Below, piece by piece: positions 32,415 through 42,821 of a stretch of 64,000 nt of DNA (position 1 is its first letter; each line of letters starts with the position of its first letter). Source of the DNA: Malassezia furfur (taxonomy: Eukaryota); NCBI GenBank assembly GCA_052055015.1, contig JBQJIT010000008.1. One strand, given 5' to 3'. Under the pieces are notes generated by a model. That model did no database searches. It was not told the DNA's origin and saw only the letters and a list, made by a program, of their open reading frames with translations. Position numbers and translations under genes: made by a program.

Positions 32415-33370
32415 ATGGCGTCGAGCACGGACACAGTGGTCGCCCACTCCTGGGTTCACCCTGACTTCCGACCCGGGAATATCGACAAACTCATCTCGGG
32501 TGTTGGTGCGTTTCCTTGCTAATGGCCCAGATCGTTATAACCCTCAAAGTCGCAGCGTCCTGTTGGAATACCTCGACACACAACTGAAAAACGGGACGTA
32601 CGACGCCTTACCAAACTTGGCCATCTTGAAACTGTACGTACCAAACCAAACCGGCATCAAGGATGAAGCTTTTGTATCAGTTGTGAGCGTCGTGGACTCG
32701 AGACCCACGCGCGCAGGACGCCTTGTTATTAGCTCTAGCTGAGGCCGCTGGTTGTATTGCCAAGGACTTGCTAACCACAGCTTCCAACTCAACCCGAACG
32801 AGTTCGAATTTGATACCACTATCTATATCCTGGTCAAAGCGCTTACGGCTGTGCCGTTTGCCGACTTTAGCCTCTGTATATCTCTCTTGGGCGAAGCACC
32901 TGTCGCTGCTCTTACGACTAACGACAGTGCGACAAGCACTGGCGCCTCGGGTATCATTATCGAGCCTGTCATCACGCATCTTGCCACACTCTCGACCCTA
33001 CTCTTTGAAGCCAAGTTCCGCGACTTTTGGACACTGTACCAAAGCGCCGAGTATGCCGACGCTCGTACATATACCAGCAAGGCTCACGGGTTTGAGGATG
33101 CTGTGCGGAAGGTGGCCCTCGACACTGTCCAAGGGACCTTCCGGACGATCTCGACCGGCCGTCTTGCAAGCTACCTGAATCTGCCCGAGTCCGACCTGGA
33201 GGCCTTCCTCGGGAAGCAGACTGGATGGTCTGTATCCAACGGGTCCGTTCAAGTGCCGATGAACCCGGACAACGATGTGAAGCCCACCGTGGTCCGCGAA
33301 GAGGCCTCGCTAGAGAGTACGTTGTGTTACACTGACCTCAGACTTGTCCAAATTGCTGGCGCAGGCATAG
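32415..33370 (+). CDS. EIF3K: Translation initiation factor eIF3 subunit K
   Basis: GVDRYNP, NLAILKL|FQLNP, ILVKALTAVPFADFSLC; introns 32506-32530, 32634-32780, 33317-33341. Confidence 0.9.
32652..32747 (+). ncRNA. Intronic box C/D snoRNA, SNORD44/U44-like (guides an 18S rRNA adenosine in CUAGAGCUAAUA)
   Basis: C-like box AGGATGA (32660-32666); guide TATTAGCTCTAG (32727-32738) exactly complementary to conserved 18S CTAGAGCTAATA and immediately followed by D box CTGA (32739-32742); short terminal stem cggc/gccg. Confidence 0.85.
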
Positions 33371-33396
33371 CGCATCTGTAGAAATTATATTTACGA

Positions 33397-34367
33397 TCAT
33401 GAAGAGACACGCCACGTCCCGAGACATTCGACGTGTGCTTCGGCATCTGCCGTGCGCACGGCCTTGGCTAAGAACGAGGCCGGGTGAGGGGGTATCGAGG
33501 CAGTGTCGTGGCCGGACGGCGTACATGTGAGCTCCACCAAGAGCATTGGCTGGTCGTGGGCCGCCGTGGGCACGACATCGACAATATGCCATCCCATTGC
33601 ATCTTGGTCTAAGAGTCGCAGGAGGCGCACATGCTCAAGTGTCGTACGGATTCGGTACATTGTCCGTACGGCATCATGGTTTGACCCTTGCTGGGTGCGG
33701 TAGGCCTGCAACAGCGCCGCGACGTGGGCATCACTTGGATTGCACGTTGCCACGATGAAGCGTGTCGTGTTTTCTGCATGAGCGTGGAAAGCGTACTGTT
33801 GGAGTTTTGGATCCCCCGGAAAAGGACCTGAGCATTACTCAGCTCAGCAGCGAGTTCCGAGGCAATGGCCGCATCCTTGTCGGACTGCAGGAGCGCGACA
33901 GCTTCGGCGGTCGATGGGGTCTCCTCACGAGCGGCATGCGGCAGGTGCTTGGTGAGGAACTCGGAGCACTGCCCGAGTGCCTGAGGATGACTGCGGACCA
34001 CATACAGGCTGTCCAGTTGGGCAGCGGGATCGTGTGAAGCCTGCCGAACGATCAACGAATGCGCAATACGCAGATCGACCTCATCGACGATCTTGAGTGC
34101 CTGGGGCCCAAAGGTGGCTTCGTCGCCCAGGCAGGCAAACGTTTCGAGCACGGGCCCCTGCACGCTGTTGCTCAGCGGCACGACCACAACGACCGAATGC
34201 GGGGCACGCGGTGCCGAGACGATGCCTGCCTGCACGGCCGCATGGATGGATGGATGGGCGTGCAGGGCCACTGCATTACCGCACGCCAACTGCCGCGCAG
34301 CTTGGTGCGAATAGGTCCCGAGCGGCCCCAGAAAAGCGACGCCGGCGGTGTCCGCTGGGACCTCCAT
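33397..34367 (-). CDS. PHA2: Prephenate dehydratase
   Basis: VAFLGPLGTYSHQAA, VVPLSNSVQG, SHPQALGQC, STAEA, and the catalytic NTTRF restored by 23-nt intron 33774-33796; C-terminal ACT region divergent. Confidence 0.88.
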
Positions 34368-34779
34368 GTTGGATGTACCCACGGTTGGATGTGGGCGTTT
34401 GCTGGGCGCACGCGCCAAGACCAGCCGACGCGTGCATGCCAGTGCCGATCCGTACAGATCGGCATATCACGTGCGTATCTATGTGCGGAGGGGTTGCGGG
34501 CTGGGGTAAACGGTGCCGAATGTAGGAGGGAAAGTGCATTTTGGTGCAGGAGACCAATCACACCCGTTGGATCGATATATGCCGATCATGAAAACCTGCA
34601 TGCGATTCGCGATGCACCTTTCTGGCAGCTGCATTTTCGGCGCCAGGACATTCCTTGCAAATCACGGGGTCACGGCTGCGGAAAGCGCGCCAACATAATA
34701 ATGGCCCGCTTCGTGTGCCGTCCCCCTTCACCCCGGCCACGACTTGCGCACCTCGTGTTCTCCGCAGCGTCCATCCACA

Positions 34780-35964
34780 ATGCAACTCAGCCTCAAGTTT
34801 GTTACTGGCCTTCTGCTGGCCACCAGCGCCGTCTTTGCTGCCCAGGATGACATCGAAGTCAACCTGCACCGTCGCAACTCGTTCATCACTGCCGGCAACC
34901 AGCTGAACGTTGAGGCTTTCGCCAAGCACCTCCTGAATGTCAACAACAAGTACAAGGACGCTCTTGAGAACTTCAAGCGCAACATGGGTCACGACCACCC
35001 GCTGCTCAGCATCCTCCTCAACGGCATCAAGCGCAACAACGGCGGTCAGGGTTCGCTCCCGCTGACCGACGTGCAGAGCGAGCTGCTGTGGTCGGGTGAT
35101 GTGACCTTTGGTGGCCAGACCTTTGGTATGGACTTTGACACCGGCTCGTCGGACTCGCTGGCCAACCCGGGTGCGTACAACCCGAGGAAGTCGAGCACGT
35201 CGAAGAACACCTGGTCTTCGTTCAGCGCCGCCTACGGTGACGGCACGCAGGCCCGCGGTCTGGTCTACACGGACGACTTTGAGATTGCCGGTCTGAAGGC
35301 CAAGAACGTGGCCATCGGTCACTCGTTCACCAAGTTTATCGAGGACCAGGAGCCCGCCCAGGGCATTGCCGGTATGGCCTTCCCCTCGATTCAGACCTTC
35401 CCCAAGCAGTACAAGCCGTTCTTTGAGAGCCTCAAGGAGCAGAAGGCGGTCAAGAGCGGTGTCTTCCAGTTCACCCTCAAGGCTGGCAAGGGTTCGACGC
35501 TGACGCTCGGCGGTATCGACTCGAGCAAGTACAAGGGCAAGGTTACCTATGTCGACGTTGACCCCTCGCAGGGCTTCTGGATCACGGATGCAAAGGTCAA
35601 CGGCCACGGCATCAAGGCCATTATCGACTCGGGCTCGACCATCATTACCGGTCCCACGTCGCAGGTGCGCAGCGTCGTCCAGAACATCAAGGGCATGAAC
35701 GCCTTTAACCAGGACGGCACGCTGATGTACACGTACGACTGCAACTCGACCCCCAATGTGACCATTAGCATTGGTGGCACTCCCTTCAAGCTCGGCAAGA
35801 ACCAGCTTAGCTACGGCCGCGCCAACGGCCAGTGTGTGCTGCCGATCGCCGGTCAGGACGGTCTCCCCCTGAACGCCTGGATTGTTGGTGACACCTTCTT
35901 CCAGAGCGTGTCGGTCATCTTCGACACGGACAAGAACCGCATGGGCTTCGCCACCCAGGCCTAA
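34780..35964 (+). CDS. Secreted aspartyl protease (A1 pepsin family), paralogue 1
   Basis: Signal peptide MQLSLKFVTGLLLATSAVFA, KR processing site, catalytic DFDTGSSD and IIDSGST, WIVGDTF, NRMGFA. Confidence 0.95.
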   Translation: MQLSLKFVTGLLLATSAVFAAQDDIEVNLHRRNSFITAGNQLNVEAFAKHLLNVNNKYKDALENFKRNMGHDHPLLSILLNGIKRNNGGQGSLPLTDVQSELLWSGDVTFGGQTFGMDFDTGSSDSLANPGAYNPRKSSTSKNTWSSFSAAYGDGTQARGLVYTDDFEIAGLKAKNVAIGHSFTKFIEDQEPAQGIAGMAFPSIQTFPKQYKPFFESLKEQKAVKSGVFQFTLKAGKGSTLTLGGIDSSKYKGKVTYVDVDPSQGFWITDAKVNGHGIKAIIDSGSTIITGPTSQVRSVVQNIKGMNAFNQDGTLMYTYDCNSTPNVTISIGGTPFKLGKNQLSYGRANGQCVLPIAGQDGLPLNAWIVGDTFFQSVSVIFDTDKNRMGFATQA

Positions 35965-36693
35965 GAAGTTTGTTGATCATCATTGTTGATGGTACGAAGC
36001 CCACTCTTGTATCACACTAAAACCTGTTTCAGTATATAGACATTCATCTTTCGAGATATCTGAGCTTTCCGAGTTCGCCGACCCATATTCCAATCGTTTC
36101 TTTCTCACGCTACATGTATACTTGTGTGCAACATGGCCGGCGTGCGGCGGCGCCAGGGAGATAGGGGCGGAATGCCATGCAGCTATGCCGCTTCCAGACT
36201 CTGGCATCTAGGTAGGAGGGCGCTTGACGTGCCGTGGCGGTGATGCTCCTTCGACGAGTATAGCCCCTGGGACGTGTCCTACGCATACAACGCCCCTCGT
36301 TCACGCCCCACACGGATCGAAGATTTTCTGCGCCAAGGATATGCTTGATAATGCAGTGCGTGCATTGGCACACAGTAAGCAAGGCGGTAAGCACTGCCTC
36401 CGAGCACGAGCCATGGGCCTGAGCATCGACTCACAAACCGCTTGCCGTATTTTCAGGCCCGACGAGGGGACGACACCAAGATGCAATGTGGACATTGGCC
36501 CGAGCGAACACAGAAAGGAATCGCTCATTGGGACAAAGGAACAGGAGCTTGTGGGCGTCATAGCGTCGCTGTACCCTGTCTCTCCCCCTGACTCGGGCGA
36601 AACGGTCCACAGTCCTTGACAGATCCTGCTCCTTCCGCTCCAGGACAAAGTTAAATAGATTCGTTTGTACAGACACCGAGGCACCAACCACCC

Positions 36694-38283
36694 ATGCGTA
36701 TCACCATCCCTCTTCTTTCGCTCTTTCTTCTCGCCGCGTCCAACGTCTTTGCTGGCCCGGTTGCCAGCAAGTACGAGACGGGCATCCCCATTAGTCTTCA
36801 GCGCCGTGCACGCTTCGTTAGTGCCAACGGCCATGTGAACCTGGTTGCCCTCACCCGTCACTACAAGGGGCTCGACAGCAAGTACTCCAAGTGCCTCGAC
36901 AACTACCGCCGCAACACCGGCCACAAGCACCCTTTGCAGGCGCATCGTCACAAGAAGCGCGAACATCCCAGCAAGCATGGCCACGGCCATCCCAACCGCA
37001 GCCGTGACAAGAGCCGCAAGGACGGGTTCGGTGGCATAGACGGCGGCATGGGCGGTGGCAGCTGCCCTGACCTGGGTGGTCCGGACGGCGGTATGCCCGG
37101 CGGCATGGGCGGCATGCCTGGCGGTGGCTCGAGCCCTGGCTCGCCGAGTAGTTCGGGTGGTGGATCGGGCGGTTCGCCGAGCAGTTCGGGCGGCGGCTCG
37201 GGTAGCTCGCCGAACGGCTCGGGCGGCGGTTCGGGCAGTGGCTCCGGCTCTGGCTCCGGCTCTGGCTCCGGCAGCGGCAGTGGCAGCGGGTCTGGCAGCG
37301 GATCTGGCAGTGGCTCGGGCAGTGGCTCGGGCAGTGGATCTGGTTCTGACGGTGGATCGGACGGCGACTCGGTTAGCCTTACGGATGTCGGCAACCAGCA
37401 GCTCTGGGCGGGCGACATTACATTTGGTGGACAGACGTTTGGCATCGACTTCGACACGGGTTCCGCAGATACGCTGGCGAACCCAAGCGCCTACGATCCC
37501 CGCAAGTCCGACACGGCACAAAACACCAACCAGCCATTCCAGACTTCGTACGGTGACGGCACAGCGGCCCAAGGTACCATTTGGACCGACTCGTTCCAGA
37601 TTGCGGGCTTCAGCGCGGAGAATGTGGCCATTGGCGTCGCGGACCAAGACTTTATTACGCCGGACCAGCAGCCCAGCCAAGGCATCAGTGGCATGTCGTT
37701 CCCTTCGCTGCAGGCCTTCCCGAAAGAGTACCCTCCCTTCTTTGAGTCACTGCGCCAGCAAAAGGTCGTGAACCAGGGCGTGTTTCAGTTCACGCTCAAG
37801 GCCGGCGAGGGCTCTGAGCTGCACCTCGGCGGCGTCGACGAATCCAAGGCCCAGGGCGACTTCAGCTGGGCCTCGGTGGACCCGTCGCAGGGCTTCTGGG
37901 TCACAGACGCGGCAATCAACGGGCAGCAGATCAAGGCGATTATCGACTCCGGCTCGACCATCATCTCGGGTCCCACCGACGAAGTTCGCTCGCTGATGCA
38001 GACCATCCCTGGCGCCATGCCTTCGCCCCAGGACGGCGCCACTGCGTATCTGTACGACTGTGACAAGTCTCCCGACGTGACCATCACCGTCGCGGGCCTT
38101 GATGTGCAGCTCTCGCGGGACCAGATGCGGTTCGGCCAGACGCAGGGCAAGTGCATGCTTCCGATCATGGGTCTGGATGGAATTCCGCTGAACGCGTGGA
38201 TTGTGGGTGACACGCTCTTCCAGGCGACGACCATTGTCTTTGACATGGATGAGAACCGTATGGGCTTTGCCTTGCAGGCCTAG
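36694..38283 (+). CDS. Secreted aspartyl protease, paralogue 2, with Gly/Ser-rich insert
   Basis: Signal peptide, DFDTGSAD and IIDSGST; collinear with paralogue 1 except for a His/Lys-rich plus Gly/Ser-rich insertion before the catalytic domain. Confidence 0.95.
   Translation: MRITIPLLSLFLLAASNVFAGPVASKYETGIPISLQRRARFVSANGHVNLVALTRHYKGLDSKYSKCLDNYRRNTGHKHPLQAHRHKKREHPSKHGHGHPNRSRDKSRKDGFGGIDGGMGGGSCPDLGGPDGGMPGGMGGMPGGGSSPGSPSSSGGGSGGSPSSSGGGSGSSPNGSGGGSGSGSGSGSGSGSGSGSGSGSGSGSGSGSGSGSGSGSGSDGGSDGDSVSLTDVGNQQLWAGDITFGGQTFGIDFDTGSADTLANPSAYDPRKSDTAQNTNQPFQTSYGDGTAAQGTIWTDSFQIAGFSAENVAIGVADQDFITPDQQPSQGISGMSFPSLQAFPKEYPPFFESLRQQKVVNQGVFQFTLKAGEGSELHLGGVDESKAQGDFSWASVDPSQGFWVTDAAINGQQIKAIIDSGSTIISGPTDEVRSLMQTIPGAMPSPQDGATAYLYDCDKSPDVTITVAGLDVQLSRDQMRFGQTQGKCMLPIMGLDGIPLNAWIVGDTLFQATTIVFDMDENRMGFALQA
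37228..37347 (+). repeat. Coding (Gly-Ser) x ~20 repeat
   Basis: 120 nt of alternating GGN and Ser codons, with mixed synonymous codons. Confidence 0.9.
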
Positions 38284-38726
38284 GCAAGCTCCTTCCTTAT
38301 ATAAATACGTTTCCCGTTGTTCGACCCTCGAGGTCGCCTCATTTCCATTCTAGCTCTTGTTTAGTTCCAGTTGATTGTGAGAAATTTTTCTTTCGTTCAT
38401 TGCTTCCGAGCAAACAAAAAGAGATGCATTTGAATCAAATCATCTCTTGTATGAATCCATCTAGCGCAGTGTGTAGAGCGCACATAGAGTCCCTCAGCGC
38501 CCGAGATGCACGTCGATCATGGCCATGTCGTGGACGGATAGTCACCTCCACTTCATATTTGTATCTGGGGGCACGTGCGCCGATCTCCGGCGAAGCCTTC
38601 TGTCAACTATAGCGATGTAACACGCCGAGTGGCAGGGTTAGCGGCATCCAACATGGATTTCATGCTATAGATATAAACGGCCTTGATTTGAGTACAATGC
38701 TTAGGCCGTAGTACTACCCTGCTAAA

Positions 38727-40163
38727 TCATGGGCTTTCGTCGCCATCGTCGATGGTGTGCGCCAACGCGTTCACAATAGCATCGCTGACGGCAGCGGTCC
38801 CTTTGCGCTGCGCACGAAGCACCTCGCTGATCATGAACGCAATGTCCAGAGACTGCTCGTAGTTCAAGCGAGGGTCACAGTACGTCAGGTACCGCCTCGA
38901 GAGGTCTTCTTCCGAAAGCTCCATGCTTCCACCGATGCACTCCGTCACACCTTCGTCTCCCGTCAGCTCCAGATGCACGCCGCCCAAACGGCTCTCCTCT
39001 TCGGCATGGATCCGAAGCGAGCACGTAAGCTCCTTAACAATGTCACTAAACATGCGCGTCTTGATGCTCGGGTTCAGCGGCGACGAAATGGTGTTGCCAT
39101 GCATGGGATCACAGCACCAAATAACCAGACCATTGTGCTGCGAGTTCTTCACCGCGCGGATGTGCGCGGGGAGCAGGTCGTTGATTTTTTTTGCACCATA
39201 GCGCGAAATGAGCGTCACGCGACCCTTTTCGAGGTCAGGGTTGACAATGTCCAAGATCCGAATCAGGTCCTCGGCGGACATAGACGGGCCCACCTTGATG
39301 CCGATGGGGTTGCGGATGGAACGGAAGAACTCAACGTGGGCGCCATCCAGCTGGCGCGTGCGGTCGCCGAGCCAGATCGTGTGCGCAGACAGGTCGTAGG
39401 GCCCCTTTTCCGTGTCGCGTGTCAGCACGTTTTCGTATTCGAGCATCAGACCTTCGTGGCTCACAAAGTAGTCCACGGTGCTGAGCACATTGCTGGCGTG
39501 CCTGCCAGGGTCAGCACCGACTGTCTTCATAAAGTCAAGGGTATCCACGATACTGTCCGTGATGCGCGCAAATTCGCGCTGGAGGTACTCCGATTGCACA
39601 TGGTGGAAACTCCATGCGTGCGGCGCATGCAAGTCTGCGTAGCCGCTCGAGATCCAGCTCCGAACGTAGTTGAGTGTCGCAGCCGAATGGAAGTAAGCAG
39701 AAAGGAGCCTCTCCGGATCTGGATCACGCTCGTCCAGGCCAAGGCCATTCACATTGTCGCCGCGGAAGGAGAGCACGGTGCGCTTCTCGCCGTTGGGCAG
39801 CTCCACCACTTCGGTCGGCTTGCTGCGAGGCTTTGCGTACTGCCCCGCCATGCGCCCAATTCGCACAACAGGGAGACGCACGCCATGAATAAGAATGAGG
39901 GACATCAGAAGCGTCAGCTTCAGCTTCGCTTCGATCTGTTTGGGATTGCAGTATGAGAACAGCTCCGCACAGTCGCCACATTGCAGAAGGAATGCATTGC
40001 CGTCGGCAACCTGCGCCATCTGCTCGCGCAGCCGGTCAATTTCCACAGGAGTGACGAGGCCAGGAAGCGACTCCAGCTGGCCCAACACGCGTTTCAAATG
40101 CGCTTCATCTGCGTATTTGACGTCTTGCTCGATCCTCTTCTCGCGCCAGGAATCTTTGCCCAT
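38727..40163 (-). CDS. Class II DAHP synthase (shikimate pathway entry)
   Basis: AFLLQCGDCAELF, RMAGQYAKPRS, SFRGDNVNG, SHEGL, WLGDRTRQLDGAHVEF, CDPMHGNT, GVHLELTG, CDPRLN. Confidence 0.93.
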   Translation of the reverse strand: MGKDSWREKRIEQDVKYADEAHLKRVLGQLESLPGLVTPVEIDRLREQMAQVADGNAFLLQCGDCAELFSYCNPKQIEAKLKLTLLMSLILIHGVRLPVVRIGRMAGQYAKPRSKPTEVVELPNGEKRTVLSFRGDNVNGLGLDERDPDPERLLSAYFHSAATLNYVRSWISSGYADLHAPHAWSFHHVQSEYLQREFARITDSIVDTLDFMKTVGADPGRHASNVLSTVDYFVSHEGLMLEYENVLTRDTEKGPYDLSAHTIWLGDRTRQLDGAHVEFFRSIRNPIGIKVGPSMSAEDLIRILDIVNPDLEKGRVTLISRYGAKKINDLLPAHIRAVKNSQHNGLVIWCCDPMHGNTISSPLNPSIKTRMFSDIVKELTCSLRIHAEEESRLGGVHLELTGDEGVTECIGGSMELSEEDLSRRYLTYCDPRLNYEQSLDIAFMISEVLRAQRKGTAAVSDAIVNALAHTIDDGDESP

Positions 40164-40210
40164 CTCGACGTTGCTCGCCACGTGTGACTCCACTCCGTCC
40201 TGGGCTGGAA

Positions 40211-42780
40211 ATGAGCGGGGAAGCGTCGGTGCCGGATGCGCCCTTCTCGCTAGAAGACTGGTATGCAAATCTGGCACCACTGGATGAGGTGCAGCGGCTC
40301 TCCGTGAGTCGTGTATCTGCTTGGTCTTCGGAACAAAAGGAGCAGGCCGAAGAGCAAGCCGACGAACGGCGGCCGCCGACCCCCACTTTGTCGGCCTTTC
40401 TGGACTCGCTTGCTGCCGAGATTGACGGTGTCGAGGACACGCGCTACGATGCAGAAATATCGGTATTGCAAAATACTATCGGTGAGCTTGATGCACTGCT
40501 CAACGCCATCCGTGCGGTGCAAACCAATATGAAGGAACTGCACGACGGTCTCGCCTTTGTCGAAACCGATGCACAGGAGCTGCTTGAGCAGGCAGAGGGC
40601 ATGATGAAGGACCACACGAAACTGGAGGAGCTACACAAGCAGATCAGCTTGCGTCTCTCCTACTTTGCTGTGCTTCCTCAAGCAACGTCCCTCGCATCGT
40701 CCTCGTCCTTGGACGTCATCCAACAACCTGCCTTCCTGGACATGCTGAAGCGCCTTGAACTCGCATTGCAGTTCATGAATACCCACTCTCATTACACCGA
40801 GGCACACCTATACCAGATGCGCATGGGGCACTGTGTCGTCCGCATGATGGATTTGGTCCGCGTGCAATTTACCAAGCACGGTGCGGACTGCACGGACAAG
40901 GGCCTTGCACGGCTGCCCGAGGCCAACCACATCCGAGATTTTACTTCTGACACAGGAACGCTGGACCTAGATTCCGACCTGGTAAACGAGGCGCTCTATG
41001 GCGACTTCAAGGCGCTCCAGCATACCTATCGACCGCTTTTTGCCCAGATCGAGACGTTGGAAGAGCCCATGCGCACATCCACGTCTGCGGTCCTGGATGA
41101 CTACCGGGAAATGACGACTCAGTGCCATGCCACATTTGTGCGTTGGCGCTCGGCCCTGGTGAAGGAGCTTCTGCGGATGTTTTTGAACGACCATGCCCTG
41201 CGTATGGAGAAGGAGTCGGAACTCCCGCTGCAGATGTCGGCCGCGCAAGCGGCTGCGTTTGTGCATGGTGTTTCGTGTCAGGAAGTTGCATTGTACTCGG
41301 CTTTTTTCCATATTGTGGTGGATTCGCGAAAGGAAGTTCTAGCGTCTCCTTTGGCCCATCTCCTACATGAGGTGGGGGAGCAGCTGTGGACGTTCCTGGC
41401 CACCAAACTTGCGGTGAATGCAAGTATAGGAGCGATCTCGGAGCTATGCACGCTCTTTCAAACGATCCCTGCGCCGACGGGTCGTTCAGCACACTTTCCT
41501 TCGCGGGACGAAGCGACGCTTGACTTGGCACAGCAGCACCAACTGGCGCTCCTTTGGACCCAACCCGTTCTCCAAGAGCTGTGCAAACGCCTTGTGCAAA
41601 AGGCACAGGTCACGCTCAAGACGGACATTGTCAACTTTGCGCCCAGCCAAAACGATCTCATGTACCCTCGATGCCTCGCGGATCAACGCGAGGTGCTGGG
41701 CCAAGAACAAGCAGCCTTGGCGAAGGCCACACACGAAAAATTGATGCGGCATTCGAAACGTGCATCTGTGGTCCGTGCGGGACTTCTGGAATCCCTTGTG
41801 AGCACCGAGGGAAAGACAACCTCCTTATTTGCCAAACCCGCCCCCGCAGTGTACAGCTCCTGGTATGCACCGGTTCGCACCGCACTGGACCTCTTGGCAA
41901 CCTTGCATACCCATATCCCTTTGGCCTTGCTTACGGAACTGGGAGTCCAGATTATCGAAGCAGCGCAGGCTGCGGTCCAACGTGCCGCAACTCTGCTGCA
42001 AGAAGGCAAGTTCGGGTCAGAAGACGGGGGCGTTGGAACGGCAGATGGCGTTTTGTTTCAGATGCGCCATCTCTTTGTGCTTCAAGAGCTGTACTATTCC
42101 CTGGACATTGCTTCCCGCTCAGCGCAGAGTCAGGCGGCCAACGATCCCAGTCAGATGCAGCTGACGACGCAGGAGAGGCACTTGTTTGGTGTCAAGGTAG
42201 CCGATCCCAAAATCATTCTCGACACCATCAATTCGGTCTGGAGTGCATCCAACTTCTTCTCCCGTGGCGTCTCACAGACCCAGTCTATGCTGGAAACGGG
42301 CGCTTCCGATGGTACAAAACAGTCGCCGTTGGACGCATCCCGGTTGCAATTGGAAAAGAACATGGTGGATACGTCGCGGAGGACGAGTGAACTGTTTGCC
42401 TCCAATTTGGCCTTTCCACTCCAAATCTTTATGGCGCAGAGCAACCAGCAGCCGAATACCATCAGCGAAACCAAGGCACTGGCTGCGTACACCACGTTCA
42501 AGCAAAGTTTAGATGTGAATTTGGACGAGATGCGGGATAAACTTTCCCTGTACATCAATGATGAAACAATCGCTACCAACATCCTGGATTCCGCCATCGT
42601 ACGTCAAAGCACTAACCCCAGACTTTGACAGTGACTTTTTACGAGAGTTATCTGAGCCGTGCACTAGGTGTGCTACCTCGCGATGCGACTGGTGATGCCG
42701 CCTTGCAGCTGCGTGATCTTCCCAAGCCAAATGCCTTGAAAGAGGAACTGGCTCAGCGCTTGCAACCTATGCGCACATAG
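40211..42780 (+). CDS. COG3: Conserved oligomeric Golgi complex subunit 3 (Sec34)
   Basis: Sec34-like segment LSYF...FLDMLKRLELALQFMNTHSHYTEAHLYQMR and WYAPVR; 23-nt intron 42599-42621 extends the CDS to TAG at 42780. Confidence 0.78.
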
Positions 42781-42821
42781 ACTTTTTGCAGCATACGGGC
42801 ATGTGGCTACGATATAAGCAG

